41,738 nt of DNA from Parvularia atlantis (lineage: Eukaryota), in assembly GCA_943704415.1 (NCBI GenBank), contig CALSCO010000101.1:1-41738 (forward strand), in the 5' to 3' direction. Below are positions 21,799-32,367 of this stretch, in pieces. Numbering within the stretch: the stretch's first letter is position 1; every line of letters begins with the position of its first letter. Under the pieces are notes generated by a model, which searched no databases, was not told the origin of the DNA, and was given only the letters and a program-made list of their open reading frames with translations. The translations under genes were made by a program, and so were the position numbers.

Positions 21799-23920
21799 TC
21801 AATCGAGGACATAGGGCTGTTCGACGCTCCCGGCTCGCCGTGGCCCTGCACGCGCGACGGCGGTCGTCAGTCACACCCGCGCTCGTGCAGCCCGCGTGTG
21901 CGCACCTTGTGGCGACGCTGCACTGCCGCTCCCACCGCCGCCGTCCATGTCACCGCCGTCGGCGCTGTCGTCCTCCTCCTCCTCGTCCACTGGCAACGCG
22001 TTCGGTGTCGACTTGAGCGCAGCCTTCGTCGCGAGGTGCTTGCGCGGCGCCTTGCCGGACGTGTGGTTTCGGCGGGTAACGGGGACGTGACAGATTCTTG
22101 GCGCTGGGACCACGGGCGTCCTCGGTGCGGCGTTCGCGGGCACAGCATTCGGCACGAGCCACAACGGCACCGGGCGCGGTGCCGCGGCGGCTGGTGCTGG
22201 TGCCGGTCTCGGTGCAAGTCTCGGCACCGCCGACGCGGGTGGTGCGGCGTACGGACGGCGAGCCATGCCGGGTTGCAGCGGTGCTGGCGCGTAGACAGGC
22301 GCTGGTCGCGGTGCAGGCGCAGCTGGCGCGGGTGCGACGGCTGGTCGCACGGCTGCGGAGACCGCCGCTGCCGCAGCTGTCGCGAGCACACCCAGAGGCG
22401 CGCTGGGCACGCTCAGCGCCGTGATCGCGGTCGCGTCCAGCGCCTTGGCCGCGGCCACTCGCTCTTCGTACGCGCGTCGCCCGGCCTCGTCAAAGTCCTG
22501 CGCGGCGACCTGCGCACTGCGGTGTCAGTGTGATGGAGCAGAGGCGCCGTCCGAGCGCACCCGCTCGATCATGTTCTGCACCGTCCGGTTGAACGACGCC
22601 GTGCGGATATCCTCGCGGCACGTCGGGCAGCTTGCCGTGCGCGATTTGCTGCGGCACTCTGCGCGAGCGAGAGTTGGGGCGTGCGCGTGTGCGCGGGTCA
22701 TGGGCAGCACGCACGGACGATCCAGTTCTGCAGACACGCTTTGCAAAACAGGTGTGAGCAGTTGAGCAGATACGGCATGACGAGCCAGTCCTGGCAGACG
22801 TCGCACATCGACTCGCTCTGCGCGCGGACGCGGCTGAGAAGCGGCTCACACGCAGCGCGGGGGGGCCAGCCGCACCTCCGTCGTCTCCTGGATGTGCTTG
22901 CGCTTGCTCGCCGCCGCGGCCGCCGCCTCCTCGGCCGCGCGAGCGCGCTGCATCGCCTCATCGGCCTCGCGCACCTTGGCCGCGGCCAGCTCCTCGGCCT
23001 GGCGCTTCTCCTCGGCCAGGCGGGCCAACTGCTCCCTCTGCGCGCGCGCACGTCGGCTTGGATGAGCGCGTAGCGAGACGCACCTCAGCGTTGCGCTGCG
23101 CCTCCTCGGCGCGCCGCCGCTCCTCGGTCTCGCGCTCCATCCGCGCGCGCTCCTCCTGCGATGCGCGCTGCACCAGGAAGCGGCGCGTCTCGGCCTCGTC
23201 TTCCTGCCTGCTGAGCGCACTCTGCGCGGTGCCGCTGCGCGTGGGCGATCGCAAGACGGCCTGCTGCGCGCGCGCGCGCGCGTGAGCACCGGCGTAGTGC
23301 GGCGAAGGCTGCACCTTGAGCGACACGGCGTTCGCGGGCGGGTTGATCGGCGGCACGGGCGACGCGTCGGGCAGCGACCCGACCGTCGACTGCAGCTGCG
23401 GCGCCGGTGCGGGCGACGCCGTCCCTGCCGGCGGCGCAGTGGTCGTCGTTGTGGGCGTGAGGACGAAGCGGAAGATGGCGTCGGTGTCGGGCATCTGCTG
23501 CATCGCCTGGCCGACGGCGACGGGCCGCGCGCCGCCGAGCGCTATCTCGTCGCCGTCCTGTTGTTGGCGGCGACGACGGCAATCAGCGAGCGAACGAGCG
23601 GCGCAGACGGCGCACGTTGAGCAGCGCGCTCTTGACGCGGACGCGGTTGACGAGCACACCGTTGACGCTGTCGTTGTCGCGCAGCTCGTACCGTCCCGGC
23701 GCGATGCGCTGCACGACGGCGTGCCGCCGCGAGACGATCGTCCCGCGCAGGCTCTGCATCGCGCCCGTCCGTCAGCCACGGCGCGGCGCCCATCGCGCAG
23801 GGACCGACGCGCCTCGACGCAGCCCTCGCCCAGCGCCGTGTCGCGGCCGAGCACGACGGGCGCGTCTCGGTCGACGGCGATCGTCTCGGCCGAGCGCGCC
23901 GTGCCGCGCCGCACGAGCAT
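21799..23920 (-). CDS. FHA-coiled coil-RING (C3HC4) E3 ubiquitin ligase, RNF8/CHFR-like, with C-terminal histone H3 tail mimic
   Basis: FHA: VVLGR...VSRRHAVV...LRDNDSVNGVLVN...L(N|D)GDEIALG. Coiled coil follows. RING: CDVCQDWLVMPYLLNCSHLFCKACLQNWI...CPTCR. The tail exon is in frame via IER|VAAQDF; the last exon reads GPRRAGSVEQPYVLD*. Start codon uncertain. Confidence 0.88.
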
Positions 23921-24014
23921 CGGGACGCGCGACGAGCGGCGGCGGCTGCGCGTGGCGCGCGATTCGTGAGCGGATTCGAGACTTTTCTAATATACAATTC
24001 TAGCGTACAGCGTG

Positions 24015-26887
24015 CTAGCGCGGACCCGGCGAGAGCGCGCCGCTGCTCGACGAGGCCAGGCTGCTGCCGGAGGACGACGTGGTCGCGGTGCGCTGCATGA
24101 TGGGCATGCCTGCGAGCGCGCGCGTGTAAGACCGGCCGCGCGACACAGAGAGACGCGGCGCACCTGGGATGGGCTTGGTGCTTTTGCGGATGAGCTGGTT
24201 CTCGCGACGGCGCACGTTCTGCTCGCGCCGCTGCACGTCCTTCTCCTTCTCGAGCAGCATGCGCTCGCGGGTGCTGGTGCGGCCCTCAGCACCCAGCCGC
24301 CACGGCCGGCCGCGCGCACCTCATCTGCTCCGAGTTCTCGCGCGACACAAACTGCTGGATGCGCTCTTGCCACCCGTGCTGGCGCTGCTTGAACTCGTTG
24401 CCTTGCCATGCTCGTCAGCAGAGCACGCTGCACCCACACTGCGAGCAAGGAGGGCGCACCAGGCTGCGACGCAAACGGGCTCGACGACACGTCCAGCAGC
24501 AGGCGCAGGATCTCGGTGAACGACGGCCGCTTGCTCGCCTCGAGCTCGAAGCAGCTGCTCATGAGCTGGCACATGACCACGGGCATGCCCTGCAGGTTTG
24601 TCGGCAGCTGCACACCGCACGCCGTGAGCCGCACACGCGAGCCCACGCACACATGCACGCCCGAGTTGCACCTTGAGCGTCCCGTTGCCGACGCGGAAGG
24701 CGATGGCCACTTGCGGCATTCCGTTGAACGGGATCTCGCGCGTGAGCAGCTCCCACACGACCACGCCGTAGCTCCACACGTCGACCTTCTCCGAGCTGGC
24801 CTCGTTGCGGATCATCTCGGGCGCCATCCAGCCGTACGTCCCGGCCATCGTCATCTTCGTCTCGTGCCCGAGCTCACGCGACACGCCAAAATCGGTGATC
24901 TTGAGGTCGCCATTGTCGGCCACCTGTGCGTGCGCGCGCACCTCACGCTCAGCCCGCGGCTGCTGTCTGCATGCCCGGAGGCGTGCGCACCAGGATGTTG
25001 TTGCTCTTCAGGTCGCGGTGCACGATCTGTCGCGGCGCACCCCGGTGCAGGTACTCCATGCCCGAGGCGATCTGCCGCGCCCAGTCGAGCACGAGGCCGG
25101 GCGTCATGCTGAACGAGGCCTGGCTCGCGGGGTCAGGTGCGCACGACAGGCGGCGGCAGCGACGCGCACGTTGTGCAGCAGGTCGTACAGGCACCCGCGC
25201 TCGGCGTACTCCATCACGATGCACATGTTGGTCGGGTCGGTGCACGCGCCGTAGAAGCGCACGACGTGCCTGTGACTCAGTTGGCTGCGGCGCAGTGTCA
25301 AGCAGCGGCCGAGCCGCGCGCAGCGCACACGCAGACCTCAGCAGCTCGGCCTCCATGATCGACGTGTTGCTGATCAGCTTCTTGATCGCCACGCGCTGCC
25401 CGTTGTACATGCCCACGAAGACCGAGCCCGACGCGCCCTGGCCGATGCGCTTGCCGATCTGCGCAAATGGCGCGCTCAGCCCGCCCGGCTTGTGCACCGG
25501 CACCATGCGCGCAGACCTGCAGCTCCTCGTAAGGGATCTCGAAGCGCGGCAGCGGCGAGGCCGTATCGGACCGTGCCAGTGCGCCTGATGACGGGCGCGT
25601 AAGCGGCACGTAGAGGGGCGAAGATTGGGCGCGCACCGGCCTTAAGCCGCGGCGGCGATGCCCCATTGACGGCCGAAAAGCGCCGGCGCAGGCTGTCGAC
25701 GTTGAATGAGCCAAACAGGCTTCGCAGTGTCGAGGGCTCGGTCGGCGAGAGCTCGTGCGGGCCCATCTGCGGCGACGACTTGGCGACGAGCATGGCCTCG
25801 CCGCGCCGCATCTGGTCCACGTTCATCTACGGTGCACGGTCAGGGGCGCACGCGCGGACGGCGCACGCCACCTCGATCGCGTAGAACGCGGCGGCGATGA
25901 GGGCGGCGAGCACGATCGTTGTGATGATCATGGACGGCTTGACGGCATTGAAGCGCAGCTTGGGCGCGAGCAACGGGCTGCGCGCGTGCGGTCAGGCACC
26001 GACGTGCACGAGTGCGGACGCACTTGGTGTTGTCGGGCTCGCCGACGTAGTGCAGGGACATGATGCCGCTGCATACGACAAACACCGCCGCAAACAGCAC
26101 TGTCACAACCACAAACGTCCGCCCGAGGCTGTACGTGCGGTGCCTCCCGCGCCTGCCGCACTGTGAGCACAGCAGAACGCTGCGCGTGGGAGTGGCGCGC
26201 ACCGCATGTTGACGAGCAGCAGGAACATGAACCAGATGCCGGCCAGGTAGCTGTAGGCCTCGCGCGAGACAACGATCAGCGCGCAGAACGGCCCGAAGCT
26301 GAGGAAGAGCGGGCGGAGCGAGAGCGGGTCGACGACGTAGATGATGCGCGATATCTGCGCACAACGCTAAGCCGCGCTGCGCCGCGCACGACCAGCGAGG
26401 CGCCCCGCACTTCGAGCGTCATGAACGCCGTCACCCAGTAGAAGAGCGAGTTGAGCACACTGATCTGTGGCGCCAGGTCGCTGACCTTGAACAGCAGCAG
26501 CACGACGTACTGCAACGCGCGCGCTGAGCGAACGTGCGCGAAGGGGACGCGGGCGCACACCATGATCCCGTAGTGCACGAGCAGCGGGAAGAGCGGCGTG
26601 CCAAACACGCCGTGGTCCGCCGCCGCGCCCGCCGGCAGCTGCTGCGCCATGTCGCGGCCCTGTTCAGCACTGGCGCGTCCCACGCGCGCCGCACGCGCAC
26701 CGAGTCGAACAGCGTGCTGTCGCGCCGCATCATCTGCCGCCGCGTCCACCGCGTCTGCTGCTGCTGCTGCTGTGGCGGCGGCGACGCAGAGCGCGGCCGG
26801 CCGCGTCGGGCGCCCGCGCCCTGCGCGAGAGCGAGCGGCGTGAGCGCGCCACGCGACTCGTCTCTCTGGCGCCACCCGCACCGCCAT
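24015..26887 (-). CDS. Multi-pass membrane TKL protein kinase (MLK/DLK-like MAP3K catalytic domain plus coiled coil)
   Basis: Kinase motifs [61 protein letters not shown]. The post-kinase segment [13 protein letters not shown]...[10 protein letters not shown] is MLK/DLK-like. About 5-6 hydrophobic helices are encoded by the 5' exons. The start (ATG GCG micro-exon) is inferred. Confidence 0.88.
26080..26121. repeat. 42-bp inverted repeat, left arm (inside a kinase TM-encoding exon)
   Basis: AAACACCGCCGCAAACAGCACTGTCACAACCACAAACGTCCG is the exact reverse complement of 27118-27159. Confidence 0.95.
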
Positions 26888-27117
26888 GACGAAAGTCCCA
26901 TCGGCGATGATCGCTACGCCAACATGACCACCGTGACGCTCGCGCGTCGCGCGTTGCGGGCTGCATTGCGCGCTGCGTTGCGCGCTTGCTCGGCGGGTCG
27001 CAAGCGAAGTGAGTGCGAGGCGCTGGTCGTGGTTGGTGGACGCGGCGGGCGTGGCTGGAGCTGGCGCTCGACCGTGCAAGGTAGCGGGCGGCACACACCG
27101 GTCAGAAGTTTTCAGGA

Positions 27118-27159
27118 CGGACGTTTGTGGTTGTGACAGTGCTGTTTGCGGCGGTGTTT
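27118..27159. repeat. 42-bp inverted repeat, right arm (intergenic, followed by T-run and G-run)
   Basis: CGGACGTTTGTGGTTGTGACAGTGCTGTTTGCGGCGGTGTTT is the reverse complement of 26080-26121. Confidence 0.95.
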
Positions 27160-27227
27160 TTTTTTTTTTGGGGGGGGGGGGTTCCGCGACTCTTGTTTCG
27201 GGGCCCGTTCAAGAGGTCGAGTGCAGC

Positions 27228-27325
27228 AGAGCGCAGCAGCAGAGCGCAGCAGCAGAGCGCAGCAGCAGAGCGCAGCAGAGCGCAGCAGCAGAGCGCAGCA
27301 GCAGAGCGCAGCAGCAGAGCGCAGC
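27228..27325 (+). repeat. 13-bp minisatellite (AGAGCGCAGCAGC) x about 8
   Basis: Six full units and two 10-nt units in tandem, with no spacers. Confidence 0.95.
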
Positions 27326-27405
27326 CCTCTGTGTAATTACACGGTGCTGCTGTACATCCAGTGACAGCCTGTTTACACAGGGCCACGGATCACGCGCATC
27401 GCAGC

Positions 27406-28581
27406 ATGTCGGTGCAGCGGGTGCGCCGCCTCTGCAGCCCGCGCCGCCGCGAGCCCGCTGCTCACGGCGCTGACGCCGCGGCAGGTGCGGCGCACGGGCG
27501 TCGTGGCCGTGAAGCGCGGCATGCTCGGCCTGTGGGACACGTGGGGCGTGCGGCACCCGGTGACGGTGCTGCAGCTGGACGACGTGCAGGTCGTGCAGGC
27601 CAAGGCCGCGCCGACCGACGGGCACTTTGCGCTGCAGCTGGGCGCCACGTCCAAGAAGGTGCGCCGCCGCCTCTGCTGCTGCTGTTGCCGCGTGACGTGA
27701 CACGGCGCCGCGCCGCCCGTGCAGCAAAAGAGCACGACGATGCCCGAGCGTGGGCACTTTGCGCGCGCCGGCGTGCGGCCGAAGCGCGTCCTCGTCGAGT
27801 TCCCCGTCACGTCCGACGCCCTCGTCGACGTCGGTGCGCGCCGTTTCGCCCTCGCGTCGGTGACGCTCACGGCGCGGCTCGTGTCGTGCCAGGCACGACC
27901 ATCAACGCGGCGCACTTTGTGCCCGGGCAGTACGTCGACGTCTGCGGCTACTCGTGCGTGCATCGCCGCCCGCGCTCGCGTGCGCTGACCGTCTCTACTC
28001 GCTACTCGCGCAGCATCGGCAAGGGCTTCCAGGGCCCGATGAAGCGCTGGGGCTTTGGCGGTGCGCCGTCGCCCGCCCGGCCGCGCCACGCGGCTTATCA
28101 CGCTCGATCGCAGGCCTGCCCGCGTCGCACGGCGTGTCGGTCTCGCACCGCTCGCACGGCGCGACGGGCCAGCGGCAGGACCCGGGCAAGGTGTTCAAGG
28201 GCAAGAAGATGGCCGGGCACATGGGTGTCGAGCGCACGACGATGCAGAACCTGCTGGTGTTCAAGGTGCGTGCCTGCGCGTTGCGTGTGGGCGCCTCACG
28301 CAGCGCACGCCCAGATTGACACGCTGCTCAACCTCGTCTATGTGCGCGGGCTCACGCCGGGGCACGTCGGCGCGTACGTGCGCATCACCGACGCGGTCAA
28401 GATGCCGGTGCGTGGCGCCGCGTGCGCGCCGCGTGCTATGCGCTGACCACGCGCACGCCAGGTGCCGCACAACGCGCCCTTCCCGACGTACCTCCCGGCG
28501 GTGCACGGCCCGCTCGCGCGCGAGCTCGTCATGCCCGTGAGCGAGCTCGACCCGATGGCAGCCGACGACGGCGCCGAGTGA
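27406..28581 (+). CDS. MRPL3: Mitochondrial ribosomal protein uL3m
   Basis: [90 protein letters not shown] at 28579-28581. Confidence 0.95.
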
Positions 28582-28737
28582 GCCCTTTGGTGTGTGTCCC
28601 GTTCCGCCATCGGATCATGGGTGCGAGGGGAGACATGCGCGTGATGCGGACAGAAAAAGAAGGGCTAGCGGGAGGGCGGACGGGGGTGCGGGCTCGATCG
28701 ACGGCGCGCACACGCGTGCTGCACGTCGCGGCCGTGC

Positions 28738-29502
28738 TCAGAACTGGACCGAGCCGATCTTGTGCAGCCAGTCGAGGTACCTGGAGCGCACGCGCGCGCA
28801 CACGCATCAGATACACCGCGCAACGGGCACAGCGAGCGCCGCGCAACTCGTTGAACGAGATTGAGCCGTCGCCGTTCTCGTCGAGCGCCTTGAGGCACGC
28901 GTTGTAGTCCATCGTCGTGAACTTGCTCTTGACCAGGTCCGCGTGCAGCAGCTTGAACTCGTTCCGGTCGAGCGCGCCCGAGTGGTCCTGCGATCGAGCG
29001 GCTCAGCTGCGGACCGGCTCGCCGCGACCGCACCTTGTCGAACCACTGAAAGTAGCGCACGGCCGACTGCAGCGCGGGCTGCTCGATGGCCTTCTCGAGG
29101 CGCTTGAAGCGGTCGTTGTTGCGCCACCTGCACGCGCGCCGGCGCCGCCGTTGGCCATGGCACGCTGCCGGCGATGCGCGAGGGGCGCACCACTTGATGA
29201 ACTGGTCGTACGTGATCTCCTTGCCGCCGATGGTCTGGAGGGCCTGCCGGAGGGCGGTTCAGCGATGCCCTCCCGCGCGCGCACGACGCGCACAGCGCAC
29301 GCACCACCCCAACTTGCTCGTCATCCAGGAAATGCCCCATGTCGTAGCACATGCGGCGGAACTCGCGCGCGTCGATCTTGCCTGCACCGCACACCGCGCG
29401 CGCCATCGGCAACGGAGCAACACGCCGCGTCATCCACGCGCGCGCACCCGACCGGTCCGCGTCGTACTTCTCGAAGATGATCTTGCTCATCGGCTTGGCC
29501 AT
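28738..29502 (-). CDS. Calmodulin-like EF-hand calcium-binding protein (5 introns)
   Basis: EF loops DADRSG|KIDAREF, DK|DHSGALDRNEF and DENGDGSISFN(E)YLDWL. The second EF hand is degenerate. Confidence 0.9.
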
Positions 29503-29652
29503 GGTCGTGCGCGGGCGCTGCCGGTGCTGCGCGGGCTGCGCGGCGTGAGCGCGCGCGCGACAACGCGGGGTGAACGAGATCTGCAACGTGTGCAGATGGC
29601 TACATCCCAGCACTGTTCAAAGCACACGGGGTGGCAGACACATGCAGCGCGA

Positions 29653-29745
29653 ATGGCGGCGAAGCGTGACACGGCGCTGCCCGCCGACGTCGCCGAGTTT
29701 GCGGCGGCCGCGGCGCGCGTGTGGCTCGTGTGCGGGACGTACGAG

Positions 29746-29811
<66 letters not shown>

Positions 29812-30906
29812 CTGCTGCTGCTGCTGCTCCTTCTCGATCGTCGTGTGCGCTGACCACGCCGCTCCGCAGCTTGCGCACGGCGAGGCCGTGACGCCGACGC
29901 GGCGCGGGAGGCTGCTGCTGCACGACGTCGCGCTCGACGCGCCCGATAAGCTGCGGTGTGTGTGCGCGCGCGTGGAGGATGCTGCTGAGTGTGAGTGGCT
30001 AACGTCGATCGTGCCAGCGAGGTGCATCGCTGCGACGTGCCGGCCGTGCTCGACGCCAAGTGGCGCGCACGGGGCGATCAGCCGCTGCTCCTCGGCGCCG
30101 CGTTTGCATCGGGCGAAGGTGTGACGTGTCCCGCCGCCTGTCGCACGGCAGCTCACGCGCTGCGCGCAGTGCGCCTGTTTGAGCTGGACGCAGCGGCGGC
30201 GACGCTCGTGCCAACGACGAGCGCGCAGCTGCCGCCGGAAGACGCGCTGACGCTGTGCCTCTCGCTCGACTGGGCGCGCGACGGCGCGAGCGTGGACGCG
30301 GTCACGAGCGACTCGCGCGGGCGCGTGCAGACGTGGGCGCTGGCGCCGGACGGGCTGCGGCTGCTGTCGTGCTGGGCGGCGCACGAGTACGAGGCGTGGA
30401 TTGCAGTGGCCGACGCGCACCAGCCGGCCGTGGTGTGGTCGGGCGGCGACGACGCGCGGCTGCTGCAGTGGGACGTGCGCGCGCTGGGCGAGGGGCGACC
30501 GGTGCGCGAGCTGCGGCTGCACTCGGCCGGCGTGTGCAGCATCCAGAGCCACCCGACGGCCGCGCACCTGCTGCTGACGGGCGGCTACGACGATTGTGCG
30601 CTGCTGTGGGACGTGCGCGCGCTCGGGCGGCCGCTCGCGAGACGCAAGGCGGCCGGCGGCGTGTGGCGGATCAAGTGGCACCCGTCGGACGCGTCGCTGG
30701 TGGCGCTTGCGTGCATGTACGGCGGCGCAGAGGTTGTGCGGCTCGCGGCCGACCATCGCGACCTCACGCTCGTCGAGGCGTACACAGCGCACGGCTCAAT
30801 CACGTACGGCATTGACTGGCACCCGGTCGCACCCGATGTGCTCGCCTCGTGCTCGTTCTACGACCGCTCACTGCACCTGTGGCGCTGTGCGGGTACTGGA
30901 ACATGA
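29653..30906 (+). CDS. DPH7: Diphthine methylesterase DPH7 (WDR85), WD40 repeat protein
   Basis: VCGTYE|L...RRGRLLL, AHEYEAWI, SGGDD, LLTGGYDD, GGVWRIKWHP, LACMYGG, HGSITYGIDW, SCSFYDRSLHLW. Confidence 0.92.
29749..29827. repeat. (GT)n followed by (GCT)n microsatellite in DPH7 intron 1; similar intronic (GT/CA)n tracts at about 4469-4486, 13285-13300 and 21382-21412
   Basis: Directly visible dinucleotide and trinucleotide runs. Confidence 0.9.
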
Positions 30907-30937
30907 TGGAAAGCAGTTCGTCCACGAGACAGCGCGT

Positions 30938-32095
30938 TCACAGAGTGTAGCCCGTGAAGAAGCGCCAGATCTCGCGCGACGCGTCAATGTCGTCGCCGCG
31001 CGTGATCGGGCTCGACGGCCAGTACCAGTGGCGCGAGCCCACACTCGTGCACACGGTCACGTTGGTGCGCTGGCCGTTGGGCTGCGGGCGGCAGCCGGAC
31101 GTGTACGACTCGCACGTTGTGCGGCCGTTCTGGTATGTCACGACGCTCGTCTTGGCGCAGCCGTTCTTGACGAGCCAGTAATCGACCGTCTGGATCATGC
31201 CGTCGTAGGGCACAAGCAGGTCGTTCGTGCCGTGCAGGCTCAGCGACGGGATCGCGCGCGGCGGGTTGCACAGCGCGGGGAAGTCGGACACGGGCCACGG
31301 GCTGCGCGGCGCAGACGCTTCAGCGTGCGGGTCATCAGGCACAGAGCGCACGCGCACCTCGAGCCGGCCACGGGCGCGATCGCCGCAAACACGTCCGACG
31401 CGTCGCAGCCGAGGCGGTGCGACATGTAGCCGCCGTTCTGCGCGCCGCGCGTCAGCGTGAGCGTCCGCTCGCGAGCGCGGGCGCGGGCGCACGCTCATGC
31501 CCGTCACATAGACGCGGATCGGGTCGACCGAGCGCAGGCGCTTGGTCTCGTCGACGCACTTGCGGATGAAGAGCACGTCGTCGCGGTCGTCGGGGCCGCA
31601 GCAGACCGGGCCGGCGTTGAACGAGCTGCGCGCCAGCGCACGGGCGTCAGGAGGCGCATCCACCACCACGGCCGGCGATCCACGCACCGGTATGTGCCGC
31701 GCGGGTACATCACCAGGAAGCCCTTCTCCTCCGCGACGTCGTTCATATACGTGAAGATCTGCATGATCTGGCGCGGCCGACGCGCGTCAGCCGACGAGCG
31801 CCCGCGCGCACTCCCGCGAGAGCCGCACCTCGGGCTGGCCGACGAAGAAGTGCACGGTCGTGACGAGCGGCGTGGGCGCGCCGGCGCGGTACGTCGTGGG
31901 CGTGTAGAGCACGAACGAGCGGTTGCGACCCTCGTGCACGATGTAGTGCTCGGTCACGTTGCCGGGCGCGCGCATCGCCGTGCGCATCGCCGCCGCCATC
32001 ATCTCCTCAAAGTCGACGTCGTCCACGGCCGCCGCGCGCGCGCCGCCGGCCGCCAGCGCCGCCAGCGCGACCGCGACGAGCACGACGCGCAGCAT
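30938..32095 (-). CDS. Secreted alpha/beta-hydrolase, LpqC / PHB-depolymerase-like esterase
   Basis: Signal peptide MLRVVLVAVALAALAAGGARA; RSFVLYTP; FLVMYPRG; FNAGPVCCG...DDVLFI; lipase box VYVTGMS|NGGYMSHRLGC; HGTNDLLVPYDG; GSRHWYWP; DASREIWRFF. Confidence 0.85.
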
Positions 32096-32257
32096 CACGT
32101 GGTCGCCTATGCGGGGATGCGCGCAATGTGCGACGCCGTATTTGCAAGCATGGCGGAATCGACTCTCGATATTGTGACAGTGCCGCTCAGCTGCTGTTTT
32201 GGGAGCGTTCCTCTGGTCTCTCTCGCGGCTCTCTCGCGCGCCGTTGCCGCGTCGCCG

Positions 32258-32258
<1 letters not shown>

Positions 32259-32296
<38 letters not shown>
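32259..32296. repeat. (GCT)12 trinucleotide repeat in the divergent intergenic region or HIP1 5' UTR
   Basis: Uninterrupted GCT run. Confidence 0.9.
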
Positions 32297-32367
32297 GCTC
32301 TGCGGGTCGATGCCCCCGGTGGCGGTGGAATGCTGACGGCGCACATCGTCAGCACCGCGTCAGCGCG

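Noticed and set aside
22003..22056. Histone H3 gene or pseudogene
   Set aside because: No ARTKQTAR start and no histone fold; the motif lies in frame within the E3 ligase exon.
6686..23920. Functional cluster of replication and nuclear genes (Sld7-like, NUP98, RPA1, FHA-RING)
   Set aside because: Mixed orientations and unrelated neighbours; chance adjacency cannot be excluded without synteny data.
26080..27159. Transposon or MITE with 42-bp TIRs
   Set aside because: No target-site duplication or transposase seen, and one arm is in-frame coding sequence.
27228..27325. CRISPR array
   Set aside because: 13-bp head-to-tail units with no unique spacers and no cas genes.
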